64,000 nt of DNA from Ostrea edulis (lineage: Eukaryota): assembly GCF_947568905.1 (NCBI RefSeq), contig NC_079166.1, positions 23,126,001 to 23,190,000 of the forward strand, in the 5' to 3' direction. The notes beneath the pieces were generated by a model that did not search any database, was not told where the DNA came from, and worked only from the letters and a program-made list of their open reading frames with translations. Each line of letters begins with the position of its first letter. Position 1 is the first letter of the stretch. The position numbers and the translations under genes are program-made. Shown here one piece after another: positions 1-13,480 of the stretch.

Positions 1-599
1 ATATATATATTATTATTATTATTATTATTATAAGTAATGCAGTGTATGACCTGAGATGGTTTTGTTTTGTATCACCAAATATAAAAGTTTTGACATCAAA
101 TTCTATTTCAATCTCCTTTGAATTGCAATATCTGATAAATTCTGATAATAATTGTTGTACTTTTGGACAATCCCAAAGTAAATGGTAAATTGTTTCGTCT
201 TCCCTCTCACAAAAAGTGCATAGTTTAGAATCTACTCTACCTAATTTGTACATGTAGCTATTAGTAGTTAAAATGTGGTGGTTAACTCTGTATTGAAACC
301 ATAATGAGTTGGAATCCAATGTAGTCAAGAATGGAAGGTAAAAGATTGCCTTCCATTGCTTATCAGAGGTAATGAAATATCTACTCCATTTCGTTTTTCC
401 TGTGGGTATAGCATCTCGTTTATTGAGAATATCATACATAGGTTTCGACCCTTTCTTTGTTAAAACAAATAGTTTGATATTCAAGGGGATAAGGAGTTTT
501 TGCACAGATGCTTTATTTGTAAAGTTATACTTTTTCATATATGTGGCTACCACTTGTGTTATACCCATATATGTTAAAAAATTCATTTGTAGGTTAAAT

Positions 600-1230
600 C
601 TACATCATTTACAATTGTGTGTTCATGTTGATTCGACATGTCCTAGTGTAGTGGACTCAAAATGTATGTGTCATTCTTGGGTATTTCATCAAATAAAAAT
701 GTTGATGACGGGTTGGTGACTCAGTTTTTTGACAAATGGACTAGCTCTGGCTTGTCCATCGTCAGCTTCTCATGTTTGTGTGACAATGTTTCATTGTCGC
801 CTGTTTAATGCTTATGTCTCTCAACTCGTTCGATGCACAGGAGCTTGTTTTGCGTATGATCAGTTTTTGAATAGAAGCGGGCTGATGGCAGGCAGGTTGA
901 TGCTGCAGGAATTTAGACGGTCTCGCTTCGGGTCAGCATTTATCACATTTTGTGGTCGTCTCAATGATCTAGTTTACCAATGTGGTCTGTCATTGGGTAA
1001 AATGTTTTCTGATGTATTTCATACCCATTGTTGGACCGTACTTTGCACACTGATTTTGGTTATGGGTTGTTCCGTTTGCCATATTAGGATGTGTGACTCA
1101 GGACAGATGTGGGCGTTAGGGGATGGAGGTGCCTCAACCTATGGTATGTCCAGTGGCCATGTTTGCAAAATTTTCAATTGTGTATTAATTTCAAGGGCTG
1201 TGAGGTTGATCACTGTTTGTTATCTTCACG
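600..1230 (+). mobile_element. Degenerate 3' portion of a Penelope-like (Naiad-type) retroelement, A-to-G biased
   Basis: Aligns by eye to the better-preserved copy at 9899-10763 (RT thumb 'SQLVRCTGACFAYDQFLNR...FSDVFHT' plus the 3' UTR ending gatcactgtttgttatcttcac). The 5' boundary is approximate. Confidence 0.8.
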
Positions 1231-1989
1231 TTTTGATATCACTGGATCGAAGTGTTTTATCTTAATATTATATCATCAAGATGTTATCAGCTAGGTAAGA
1301 TTAAGTCTCTTGTTGAAATTAAATTTTGGGATTCAAATAAAAAAAAACCAAGATGACTTTTGAATATGTGATTAAAAATCAAAACTACAAATATTTCATA
1401 TATATAATACTATCATGGTTCTGACTATTTAACTTATAATGTTTGAAGATTTACAAATACCTGTCTATGGTCTAAGTACTACAGTTTCTTTAAAGAACAT
1501 AAATTTGCTGTGTTTTTTATTTTTAGAAAATTGTTTACAGTCTATTCCAAAGCGTTTCAATTTTGTGAAAACGTCAACAATTTTAGATCAAGTATTAAAT
1601 ACTTTACCCTATACATGGCACTCAGTGCTGTGCCAACCAGGATTTTTGATCTATGAAACTCATACCGGAATAAAGAACCTCTGTTATTGAGGTTGCATTC
1701 AAAAGACTCATGATTATCACTTTTAATACCGAACGCTTAACCAAGGAACAATCCCTACTTACGCAAAACGTTCTGTTTGACGCACTCGCGAGTTGAGCAT
1801 CCTACACGACAAATGTACGTTATCATAAATGAAAGAAGAGTTATATAGGAAATTACACATCAAGGTTTTAATCCTAACGAAGAAGAAAACAAGAAGAGAA
1901 AAAAAAAACCACAGACATCCACGCAAATATTTTGTTAAACGGCAAATGATAATCAAATAAAGTATGAGCTTGATGCATACAGGAATTAT

Positions 1990-2470
1990 ATCAGATCGTC
2001 GAATTACTTTGGCACTCTGATTTTCCCTAAAATAGCACCAATGAAGATACATTATCTGTCAAAATGCGTATCTGGTGCATCACAATTGGTACCGTATGAG
2101 TTTTACATTAAGACCCCTGGGTCGAAGCCTTTGCTGGTGGGCTGTTAGTCCCCGAGGGTCTCTGCAGCTCAGTAGCTAAGTACCTCGTTAATAGCTTATA
2201 AATGCGGCTGTATATTTAATTGCTGTTATAAAATTTAGAAATTCATTTCCAAATTAAGGATTATCTCCCTCACGCATAACTCTTATTCTTAGACGAATTT
2301 GACTAACTTTTTTGGCACTCTGTTTTTCCCTACAACAGCTCTAAAAGTTTATTGTTATTTCGGATTTCAAACATTTCGGTTGAGCATCACTGAGATTTTT
2401 GTCAATATATTTTGTCAATATTTGTCAATATGCGCATCTGGTGCATCAAAATTGGCACCATATAAGTTTT
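1990..2470 (+). repeat. Tandem ~350-370 bp repeat with degenerate type I hammerhead ribozyme cores (retrozyme-like)
   Basis: Same unit as 19270-19792 (minus strand). Hammerhead-like cores at 2035-2078 (gcacca-atgaaga-taca-ttatc-tgtc-aaaa-tgcgtat-c-tggtgc) and 2384-2444. Both are mutated in core positions. Confidence 0.7.
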
Positions 2471-2827
2471 AATTTATAACAGTTTTTGGAAACGTTGATA
2501 TATATATTTCTTATGAAATTATGAACATTTTTCATATTGAAATTTAATAACAGAATTGGTGAACAAAACTATGCAATTCCCCCTACCGTTATTCCTGAAA
2601 GACGGTAGGGTGGTTTTTAAATCAATAGTATACCCTGGACGTGGTGTTGATGTATCTTAACTGATTCACATGCAAGAGCTTCTCCTGTGCATAATCAGTT
2701 TTTGAATCAAGACAGGCCACTGAAAAAAATATACTGTTACGGGAACTCCTTTAGTATCGTTTAAAGTCAACATTTAAAAAAAAAGATAGTCCTTAAAGCA
2801 ATCTGATTTACCAATATAACCTATGAT

Positions 2828-3445
2828 AGGGTCAACTGCTGTCTGACGTGTTTCATCCCAATTTTAGGTCATTCTCTACACTTTGATTATAACTGCGTAT
2901 TACTTCATTTACCTGGAAAAATATAGCGCCCAAGGTGGGAGTGATCTGTTGACTGGTGATGCTTACTCCTCTTGGTAGCCTAACCCCACCTATGATATAT
3001 CTAGGGGTCCATGTTTGCTTACTTTTAATTTTGTGTTATATATAGTGGTTGTAAAATCGATCACTGCTCGTTGTATTCACCTTTTCATCATATCTCGACA
3101 AACTACAAATAAAAAAAGTTGATGTGACAGAGACTATATCGTTTGAAGTCATCATTTAGCAAATGCTTTGCTCGCTATGACAATCAGATTTACATTTGGC
3201 ATTTGGTTAAACGCTGTCTGATTTCATTCATACCAATTGTTGTGCCGTATATGTATACTTAATAGTACTACAGATTACTCCGTTTTCCTGATCAAGAATA
3301 GGGTTCACAGCGGGTGTGACCAGCAAGCAAGGGATTCTTACTTTTCCTATGCACCTCTTTGGTATCAAGGGATCCGTGTATGCCCTATTCTAATGTTGCA
3401 GTTTTTGTAGGATTGATGAAGTTAATCACTGTTCGTTTTTTTTCA
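2828..3445 (+). mobile_element. Two degenerate Naiad-type PLE 3'-end fragments (about 2828-3085 and 3200-3445)
   Basis: Recognisable motifs ctgtctgacgtgtttcat, cgggtgtgacc, ggatgcttact and gatcactg shared with 9899-10763. Confidence 0.7.
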
Positions 3446-6400
3446 TTTGTTTGTATGTGGCGGCTTACATGCATTTAAATGTTTCTAAGTGTTTCTTTCC
3501 GATTGCACAAATTAACAACAACAACAATACTCGCTGAGGGTGAGTGAAACTTAGACATTTTCTAAAACATACCTCGTATGTTATACATGAGAAAATAACA
3601 TTGCAATTGCCATATTTGTAACGTTATAATGAAATGGCTATTGGGAAAAAATCGAATAAATGAGCTGATTTGAACTCTGCGTGACATTATCTATACCACC
3701 TGGAAATCTCTAACGTTGCTCTGTATGTTTGATCCAAAATAAAATAGTAATGAATCTACTTCCTTGCTCTTTGCTAAACATAACGCTTTTATTAAGACAT
3801 GAACTGTACAATAAATGTTGCATTAATTATAATATCAATTAAACGTAAATTTTGAATGTACACTTGCAGATGGAAAATCTACATTTTTGGTAATATCAAA
3901 GAACAAGAGCCACGAATACCCAAATACGGCCCCGTATTTTTTAGTAAAATAAAGTATCTTCATTCCAAAATTTCATCATGGTTTGGAATAGCTTAGACAC
4001 GCATATAGAAATTATAACATGCAGAACCCACAACTGTTGTGTTAGTTTTGTAAAAGTTGATAATATCCAACAATATGCACCAACAATTTGTATAACCTCC
4101 AGGCCTCCATCCAATAAATATTAATGAATTGTAAATTAGTATATTACATACTGCATAGAAGTTAAGAGTTTGTTTGGATCGAGGTCTGGGGGATAAGTGC
4201 ATTTTTACTTTTTATGTTCTGCAAATAACCGGAATTTCACATTCCATTCACGAAATCCGAATACTTTTCTAAACTATAGATTTAATACAAATCGTAATAT
4301 TTAGTTGGGGGTTGTTCCGTTGTCTTTTTACAAAACCAGTAATTATTCAAAGTTAATAAAATATGATTATTTCAAACAATATTATTGAAATAAAATCGGA
4401 TCCGCGCCATCGTCGGAATCGGGCTACGTACATCAGTCGATTTTGCCCCCAAAATTTCAAATAAATTATATGTTCAATTTATGAACTTGAATATATATGT
4501 AACCATGTTAGGGATGGCTACAAAAACCTTGCACTAGTTAACAGTTTTAGTTATTTGATCAAACAATTACGAAGCTAAGTTCTCAAATCAACTCCAGATA
4601 CAATTGTCTGCGCCGCGCCTTTACTTCCACACAATTTCTTTATACGTTATCACACTATATATATTCTAATTATCTGAAGGCCGTTGAATTTAATAAATAT
4701 CTGGCTTCACATGTTTCGTCTCCGTTCATTCAGTTTTCTTGGCACTGATAAGCTTGTTTAAATCGCTGTCGCGGTACATAAAAAGACTTTGAGAGACGAG
4801 GGGTGCCTAACTCGATAGGCTACTTAGATGTGAAGATATATTGGCATATCCCGTACTGTTTAATGATTTCTAAAGTTACAGTACAATGTATGGGTACCAG
4901 ACAAAAATTAGGCGTCCACATAAAAATACAAATGATAGACTGTAGGCTACAGGTCTCTTAACTATCTACAACATTCGTTAGGTTGTTTACGTGTCAACCG
5001 ATTTGGACATACGTCATCGGGTACCGTTATATTTCGACATACAGCTATTCCGGTCCATTGCATATTTCATCCCTCAGAAATCAATATATAGAAATAAATC
5101 CGAAATATATATCTAGCAATATGGATTTTGCTTTGCTTTTAAATGAAATTCATTGACAAACAGAATTGCATTTGATCTAATTAGCAAAAATACAAGGCAG
5201 TTAATAAAAGGGATAATAATAATGGATAATTCGAAAAGGAAAAAAAATAATGTAAAAAGAATGTTAACGAAAATAATGTATATTTCATTGTTTCACTTCA
5301 ATTTATCATTGAAAATTCAGTCTCAACAGCAAATATTCAAAACCACAAATCTTATAACAAAATAAAAACGACAAATGGAACAAAGAAGATATCATTAATA
5401 CTGATTAAAATAGAGGTCAACATATGAATGACACTCGTTTCTGAAGTAAAAGTTGATGTATTTATTTTTAAAAATATATTATCCTACATAATCAAGTAAA
5501 ATATTACTAAGTATTATAGAAGGAAGAACTGAACACATTATGAAACCACACTGTCCTACTTAATTTAGTTTAAGTGTTTGTTACATGGAGGAAGTGTCTG
5601 ATAACGGAAAAAGGTTTCCCTCGTGCATTTTACGTAAGATAAGAACTAAACCCAATGACAGGAAGAAATGTGAAAGTGTTAAAATTAGCAAATTTTATGG
5701 TGGATGCCAAACTACAGATGCGTTAATTCACCATGGAGTTAACCCCTTGATTGATAAAATTCTTGTTTCTATTTATGTGAAAATAACATCCGCATAATTT
5801 TGGTTGCACTCTAACCAAATATATGCAAGGAGGAAGTTTGATTCTATTATATGTAGCAGTATCAGAATAAGATTTTTAAATTAATGAATTAGTTTCATAG
5901 ATCTTATGGAGTTAATGATAATAATTAAGGCATTTTAAGATACACACAGGTCTAGATATTATTGTAATAAATGATCCGGATAGGAAACTAATGAAATTAG
6001 ATAAATGGAACATATTTTACCTGATGATGAGTTCACGTGAACATTTTCTTAGCCTAATGTAAAATAAAGTATCTCCATTTGGCTAAACTAAATGTTCATG
6101 TGTTATTCTGTACACGTACGACTACTTTTTTAATAGTTCCCCTATCCCCCCACACATCATAAACGTAACTCCCTATATAGCAAAACACAAAATAGAAGTG
6201 TGAAACATAGCATTAACATGTTTCCTCACTGTCCAAAGTTGTACATGTAGCAACGTGCGTCTGAAATAACGCTGCTGTCCAAAGCCTGGCTATTACTGTT
6301 TTCGGCGTGTTTACATGTACATGCGGGATAATAATAACACCCCTCAAACAAATGATAAAATAAAAAAACCGAACTTATAAAAGATTATTAAAAGAAGTGA

Positions 6401-6446
6401 TCCATATGCAACATAAACTACATGTAATATTGAAACGCACATACAT

Positions 6447-6873
6447 CAGTGGCGGATTTAGAGGAGGCGCCGGCGCCCCCCCCCCCCCCCCCCCCCCTAA
6501 AATTTTCAAATTTAAGGTAAATCGCGGTATCTTGTTTCGGAAAATGTACTAAACGATAAAATAAGCAATAATTTCTTCCACTCCCGGAGAAATAAATGAC
6601 AAAATCTTTTGATGTCTTGAATTACTTTATTAGGAGAACTTAATTTTTTTCCAAAAAACCCTTAAAATTTGAGTTATTTTATTAATTTCACCTTATTAAA
6701 ATGATAGAAAATAGTACAAATGACTAAATAGAACTATTTTAAGCCCCATAAAATCTGTAAAACCCAGGAGCTTCCGGGGGCTTTGTCCCCTGAACCCCCA
6801 ATAGGGCTTCGCCCTGGACCCACTGCCTCATAAAGTGGCGGCCCCGTAACCACAATTCCTGGATCCGCCTCTG
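6447..6873. mobile_element. Non-autonomous DNA transposon (MITE) with CAG(T/A)GGCGGAT terminal inverted repeats
   Basis: Left end cagtggcggatttag; right end ctggatccgcctctg. Flanks cacatacat / tacatacat suggest a 9-bp target duplication with one mismatch. A related degenerate copy lies at about 18891-19052. Confidence 0.7.
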
Positions 6874-7568
6874 TACATACATGTAGGTCAATAGATCGTA
6901 TTCGTAAGTCAACGGTTGGATCCACTGTGTTTTCGTGTACATTTTAAGATGCCCACCCCCGAAAACTATCGGTATGTGCAATAAATGGTTATACAGTTAA
7001 AATATTGGGATTGGGTTTATCTTCATGTCATACTAAAATAACAAAGCTAAGTAAAGAGGTACTGAATTAATATTACTTTAAAATTGTTGAATGGTTGCAT
7101 ATAAATAAAAAATAAAAAATATAAAGAGAGGGAAGGAGACAAACAGAGAGGGGAGAAAGGGATGTACGAGTATACTATATAGGTGTGTGTTTTAATATAG
7201 ATTTAACATAGACAGATTTAAATATGTACAATAATATGATCAAATTCCACTGAATAGTGTTCTTGTTTCACTTTTATACCTAGAGAACTGTCACGTAAAA
7301 TTACATGAAACGTTGTAAATTTGTCACGTTACGTTGCAAAATTGCGACGTCAATAGCAATCTGGTCAAAACAATGGGTACTTTGAACGCCACTAACTAAA
7401 AAAATTGAAAATATATCGGAAAAAGTAGAACATATTTGAAAAATAGATATTCTTGGCTTCTGTCCCCGATAATAATATCATGTTCTGACTAAGGGCCATT
7501 TTTGGCTATTCGTGGCTCTGGTTCTTTAAATCGTCCATCCTCTTCTTAAACAACGATCAGGAAACGTT

Positions 7569-10500
7569 TCAGATATGTTCATTTTCGTAAACAGGGTCAC
7601 TGTTGATTTCAATAACAATTGTTTCATTTTGAGGATTTTCAGATCTCATACAAGGTGTGAGGAAAAAGGTACACACATAGATAATGTAGATGATAGACAC
7701 TAAACCTCCTAGTACTTTAATGCTCTGGAGCAAAACAGTTCGACTATTAGATTCATAGATATTGTCACGAAAGTAAGTGCAGCCATAACATGTTGTTACC
7801 GCAATCCCTGAAAATAAAAAAAAAAAGAAATAAAAAGGGAGTAATATATAAATATTGGATGCAGTTGAGGGTAACAATGAAAATTTTCTCCCCGAGAAAA
7901 CCATTGTGAACCGAGGCGTAGCCGAGGTTGACAATGGTTTCTCGAGGGATGAAAATTTTCAATGTTACCCTCAACTACATGCAATATTTGTTTTATTATA
8001 CTAAATGTTATATAAACTACAAAACAGAAAGTCTTACGTCTGTTGACATTTGATCAATCACTGTCTTGCGATATCTCGTATATCAATGCGGGTATTCGCA
8101 TTCATTACAAAAGCTCCAACAACCTCGTCTAACAATCTACGGTGAACCGTGCGCGGATAAATTTGACGCATGTGATATTTTATTTAATAATATAACCCGT
8201 TTTCGAGTACTCTTACCCGTTGCTAGATACTATTGCCCTGGAGCGTCTGCTCTCTGTTCTCAGAGGGTAACAATATGTTTTTGTCAAATGTTTTTCGACC
8301 AATCAGATTCGAGTATTTTACATGAAAATATAATAACAATCTATACCAACTGAATCACTCATTAAAAATAAGAAAATGGAGAACACATTTCCGTTTGTTG
8401 AGACTTACCGAACATTTTTACAGAACTCGTCTTTATAGTGTCAGTCGCTAAGCCTGTCGGAACTGTAGAAAATCGTTGCTGTTAGAATGTACATGTATTT
8501 TACTTAAATTTGTATTCCAATAAAACGTACAGCAAATGTTAACTTACTATTTGTAATGTTGGTTGAACATCCATGCGTGTGATTACAATATTTTTCGGTA
8601 CAGCTGCAGTTCATTTGACATCCGTCTCCATAACTAGGAAACCGACACAATAGGTCGCATCTAGCGCCAGTGTAGCCTCTCTGACAGTCTAAATTACATA
8701 AATCTTGACGAAAATATACAACCCACAGTTGCTTCTGATTTGGTAACACAAATAAATGATATTGTCGAAACATTAATTACAGAAATTTGAAAATAAGGAA
8801 AATGTACATGAACATCTTCAATCTGAAATATGTCTGTGTAAGTAGAAGAATGCATGATAAAGTCTAGTCTATTGATAGTTATATTATATTTCATTAATCT
8901 GAAATGAAACCACAATTTAAAAACATGGATATATGAGTCAACCGAAGAACCTTAGAATGCATGATTTCAAACACATATCATGATATCATGTAAACATACT
9001 TGTTTCATTATCCGTTGTTGAACTTGTAGAGGGATTCTTTACGACTGGTGGGGGAATTGGATATAAAGTTGAAACGCCTTCTGAAACAACACACATATTT
9101 ATTTTACGAAGTTTTGATAGAAACGACACCCTTTCCCAATATGAAATCCCAGCTGATCCAATATATGAGAACACATGAGCATGTTCCGAGTATGATCAAT
9201 TCATAAAGAAAAGCCAGGCTACTGACAACAACGTTGATATATTAGATTTGTCATAAACTTCATTACAATCAGCAATTAGCAAATTATATATGGTCATTAT
9301 AATGACCCCATTAGCAAATATAACTTCACATTAGGTTGTGTATCATATGGCGTGTTTCAGATCATAGTTAGACAGGTTTTTATATCCTGAGTTTGACTAC
9401 GGATTACTCCATCTACTTTATCAAGATGTATAGCTCACAGCGGGTGTGACCAGTCAACAGGGAATGCTAAATTCCTACTAGACAGCTGGTTCCACCTCAT
9501 TATACTGTTCTACTCTAGCATCATATATGTTACGTAGTTCGTCAGTGGGACGTACGTAGTGCGTAGATGAAACCTAGCGTTTCACAAAATCATCGTAAAT
9601 TACGCTGCGTCGTTCATCACAATGTAATTCTACGTCACCTCAGAGATGACGGATATTCACGTTAATGCATATATATGTAGAGATGGTGGCATTTATGCAA
9701 GATTTTGACAAGGAAAACAGGAATCTTAGAAGACAGTGAAAGATAGAACCTCTTTAATGGATTGAATTGCGGTATAGTGATCGGGGACACTCTAAAAATA
9801 TATATAACCTCTGTATGCAAGTTAAAAATATAGAGGCTATTTTCTTATAACCTTACCTTGTTAAAGACCATCAATCACCGAAACTCATGTTGATATGTTT
9901 GGTCTTTGGTGATCAGGTCTTCCAACAGTCTGTTGGAATTCCCATGGGCACGAATTGTGCTCCTTTGTTAGCTGACCTGTTTTTACATTCATATGAAGCA
10001 GAATTTATTCAAAAACTTCTACGTGAGAAGAAAAAATATCTCGCTGTGACCTTCAGTTCGACTTTTAGATATATCGATGACGTTTTGTCTATTAACAATG
10101 ATAGCTTTCATTCATATGTCCATTTGATATATCCCTGTGAGCTCGAAATAAAGGATACCACAGAGTCGTCCACTTCTGCTTCATACTTAGATATTTTATT
10201 GAAAGTAGACATTAACGGAAACTAACAACTCAACTGTATGACAAACGGGATGATTTCAGCTTCTCCATCGTCAACTTCCCACATTTATGTAGCAATATTC
10301 CATTATCACCTGCATATGGTGTTTATATATCTCAACTCATTCGATATGCAAGAGATTGTTCTGGGTATAGTCAGTTTTTAAATCGAGGTAAGCTACTGAC
10401 AAACAAGTTGATGGTACAGGGATTTCAACAGTCTCGATTGAAGTCAGCATTTCGCAATTCTATGGTCGTTATAACGATCTAGTTCGTCAATACAACCTCG

Positions 10501-11164
10501 CATTGGGTCAAATGCTGTCTGACGTGTTTCATACCGATTGTTAAGCCGTTCTTGGCACACTGATTTTGACTGCGGATAACTCCGTTTACCTGATCAGGAT
10601 ATGGTGCTCAGGGCAGGTGTGACCGGTCAACAGGGGATGCTTACTCCTCCTAGGCAAATGATCCCACCTCTGGTGTGTCCAGGGGTCCGTGTTTGCCCAA
10701 CTATCTATTTTGTATTGCTTGTAGGAGTTATGAGATTGATCACTCTTCGTTATCTTCACCTTGCAAAATTTACCATTATTCTTATCACATGTAAGCATTA
10801 AAGGGGAGTAATCTGAACCGAATGTTTAATACATTTATGCATACGCACCATTTCACTGATTTGAACTATGCTACATGGTTCAAAAGTATTTCTGTGCGGC
10901 TATTTTTCCAAAAATAATTCATTAAAAAATATTTGTCTTAGAATATAAATATTGCGTGTGGTTATACATGACCTGATCTATGCGAGGGCTAACTTCTGCG
11001 AATGAAATAATCAAAATGCAAATATGAGAAATGTCTTTCAGTTTTATTCAACATGTTGATTGGAAAAGTCTTAATGTATATCATTTCAGTCACTCTCAAA
11101 ACTGGAAGTTGGTTCTTAATTATTTCTTAGATTTGGTTTCGATTATACGTTAGTCATTAGGACA

Positions 11165-11234
<70 letters not shown>

Positions 11235-12885
11235 TAGACACCAATGAATAAGGAGTTCAACGTTTGATCAGTGGATTTGAGGATTAAATGATATAAATTT
11301 GGATATGAATTATGAAAATGGTATTCCATTTCTTGCATTTTTTGAAATTGAGCCTACGTGTACATAGGTATATGTATATGTATAAATGGTAAACAACAAG
11401 GTATTAAAATGATATTGTTTTACTGCTTGTGAAAAGCTGTAGGATCTTTCGATATACTTGTCTTTGATTAATTGTTTGTATTTCAATGTCACATTGGTTA
11501 ATATCACTATTTAATCACTGGTTGGACAGTTTTCTTTATTCATGTAGAATATGTGTAGACATAAGTACGACATGTGGCATGCCTCCACTAACAATTACAT
11601 GTAACATATCATGGATGCATTTGCATTTTTTGTTTCAAATATATGGCATTATCGCAAAATCGAATTAAAAGATTCTCGAACGAAGTCGATCGTTTACAAT
11701 TTTCAAATTACTCGTACTTGGTTTGAAATCGGAAATCTATAAGTATTATCGTATAACAGGACATACACTCAATATCAATTGATGAGCAGTTAATGCAATG
11801 ATACTCTTTAATATAATGAAATAGATTATCAATTCGTAAACGTAAAGTTATAGTTCTACTTTACATAGCATACATGTACATACAAAGCACCCACCCTTTC
11901 TTTTGTAGGTAGTCACATCATGGGGTTAGTGGTGACGTTTTGGTTCTCTCTATTATCTACCTCCACCGCCTCTGCCGAATAGTTATTCCTTCTTTCGTTA
12001 TAGTCACGTCTATGTCATTTCTACATAGTATGTACATGGCATACTTGTAACTTCCGATAAAACTACATTGTACATGAATAGCCAATATTTAGTTGGTTCC
12101 ACGCATCTTTCGTGAAAAGGTCGTAGTTTAGTACTTATATACATTATATGTACTTAACTCCGTCCTAACTTGCTATGTACTACATACGTTACGTTGATTC
12201 TGTGAAACAATGACCTGGTGATCCCAGGGGTCCGGGTTTGTCCTATTATTGATTTCTTATTCCTTTTTTTAAGATTGAAGATCGTTATTTCAACTTTTCC
12301 ATTTAAAAGTATAACACAGATCTGAAACTCCTAAGTCAAGTTTATCATGTAAAGCTGCTTCTTTAATTACTTACATCCTTGTGGCAACCCCATAGAAGAG
12401 TTATATTATCTAAGTCAGTGTGTTAGAAACACAAACCTTTACATCCTGTGACGCCATGGCAATCTGACTCTTCACAGGAACACTTCAATTGACAATCTTG
12501 ACCGAAGCTGGGATATCGACACGGGATACTACAATTAGGCCCCACATATCCAGGTGAACATTCTAAAAAAAAAAATACGTACAAGTTATTTTTCATTATG
12601 ACGATAAGTGGTATATCCTTCCATAAATCCATTTTTACATCCATCCATACACATAGGTATCCATTTGTACTTACCAATTTCACCTTTCTTACTGCAAAAT
12701 AAATCAATTACATTTATAGTCTTTCTTTTTTAATATTGTGGAAACGCATACATGATAATGAATACTACAGACACTTCTAACATACGTGTATAAATTGGTA
12801 CTTACGTGCTACTAATTTCACCAGAATAAATCAACTTTACATGCATCAAACAAAACATCCAAGATATATATGCCGCACAAAACAT
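7569..12885 (-). CDS. Small type I transmembrane protein with two MEGF10/Draper-type EGF-like modules (gene A, 227 aa)
   Basis: Exons 12885-12806 (signal-peptide-like MFCAAYISWMFCLMHVKLIYS), 12691-12675 (17-nt microexon), 12562-12437 (CSPGYVGPNCSIPCRYPSFGQDCQLKCSCEESDCHGVTGC), 9080-9000 (P/S/T linker), 8688-8548 (CQRGYTGARCDLLCRFPSYGDGCQMNCSCTEKYCNHTHGC) and 7807-7569 (TM VLGGLVSIIYIIYVCTFFL; tail DPVYENEHI*). All introns are GT-AG, phases are consistent, and the total is 684 nt with no internal stop. Confidence 0.8.
7851..8340. mobile_element. Palindrome-headed non-autonomous DNA element in the last intron of gene A (family uncertain, possibly Crypton-type)
   Basis: Imperfect ~68-bp arms (7851-7988) around a cGTAg triloop, followed by a ~350-bp tail ending gaccaatcagattcgagtatttt. 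Confidence 0.55.
9899..10763 (+). mobile_element. 5'-truncated Penelope-like (Naiad-type) retroelement; RT C-terminal half plus 3' UTR
   Basis: Translates to GIPMGTNCAPLLADLFLHSYE...FRYIDDVLSINN (RT motifs B/C), with one frameshift near 10217. The ORF ends ...SDVFHTDC* with no downstream GIY-YIG endonuclease. Confidence 0.9.
11168..11229. repeat. (CT)n microsatellite
   Basis: Pure CT run. Similar CT/GA runs at about 35058-35120, 40612-40653, 41251-41296, 56256-56301, 57498-57554 and 61123-61166. Confidence 0.95.
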
Positions 12886-12983
12886 TTCTAGCTTATCTTA
12901 AAAATCCATGCCTTTTTTCAATTGATGAACATGCACCTATATTATAGTCGCTTTTGACAATACTTATACAATGCATGTGCATG

Positions 12984-13032
<49 letters not shown>

Positions 13033-13480
13033 AACAACAAACAAACAAACATTTGCAAACAAGTCGAGTATCTGAAACATTTATAAAAAGCAACATCTGA
13101 ATGAGATGATCGCATGATCACGCTATTTCTATAATATCACGGCGGTAAGTTGTGTCTACTTATATGTATTGCGGATGTTTCATTGTTTAAATGGGCATTT
13201 AAGAGCTTTAGCTAGAAACACTTATAGATCTTTGAACCCCCTTTACGTTTTTATGAAAATACAATTTCCAAAATACTATCATAATTTTTTTTAATGAAAA
13301 CAAGTAGTAATTTTATAATACCTTTCACGTAAAACAATGTGAGAAACCCTTAATTTCTTAACATATCAATCATTGAGGGTAAAAAACACCTCATTGTTTT
13401 TATATTGTAAATATGAATCATCACAACACATTCTAGAATACAAGCTGAAGTAGTTTTAAAACGCATATTGTTTTACCTAT

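Noticed and set aside
372-1265. Long ORFs 372-719 and 729-1265 as host genes
   Set aside because: They overlap a degenerate PLE copy. The open frame is incidental and partly RT-thumb remnant.
11150-11338. ERERER/SLSLSL/YIYIYI ORFs here and at 12893, 14379, 34856, 40555, 41245, 57438 and 60984
   Set aside because: These are translations of dinucleotide microsatellites. Only the embedded true exons were kept.
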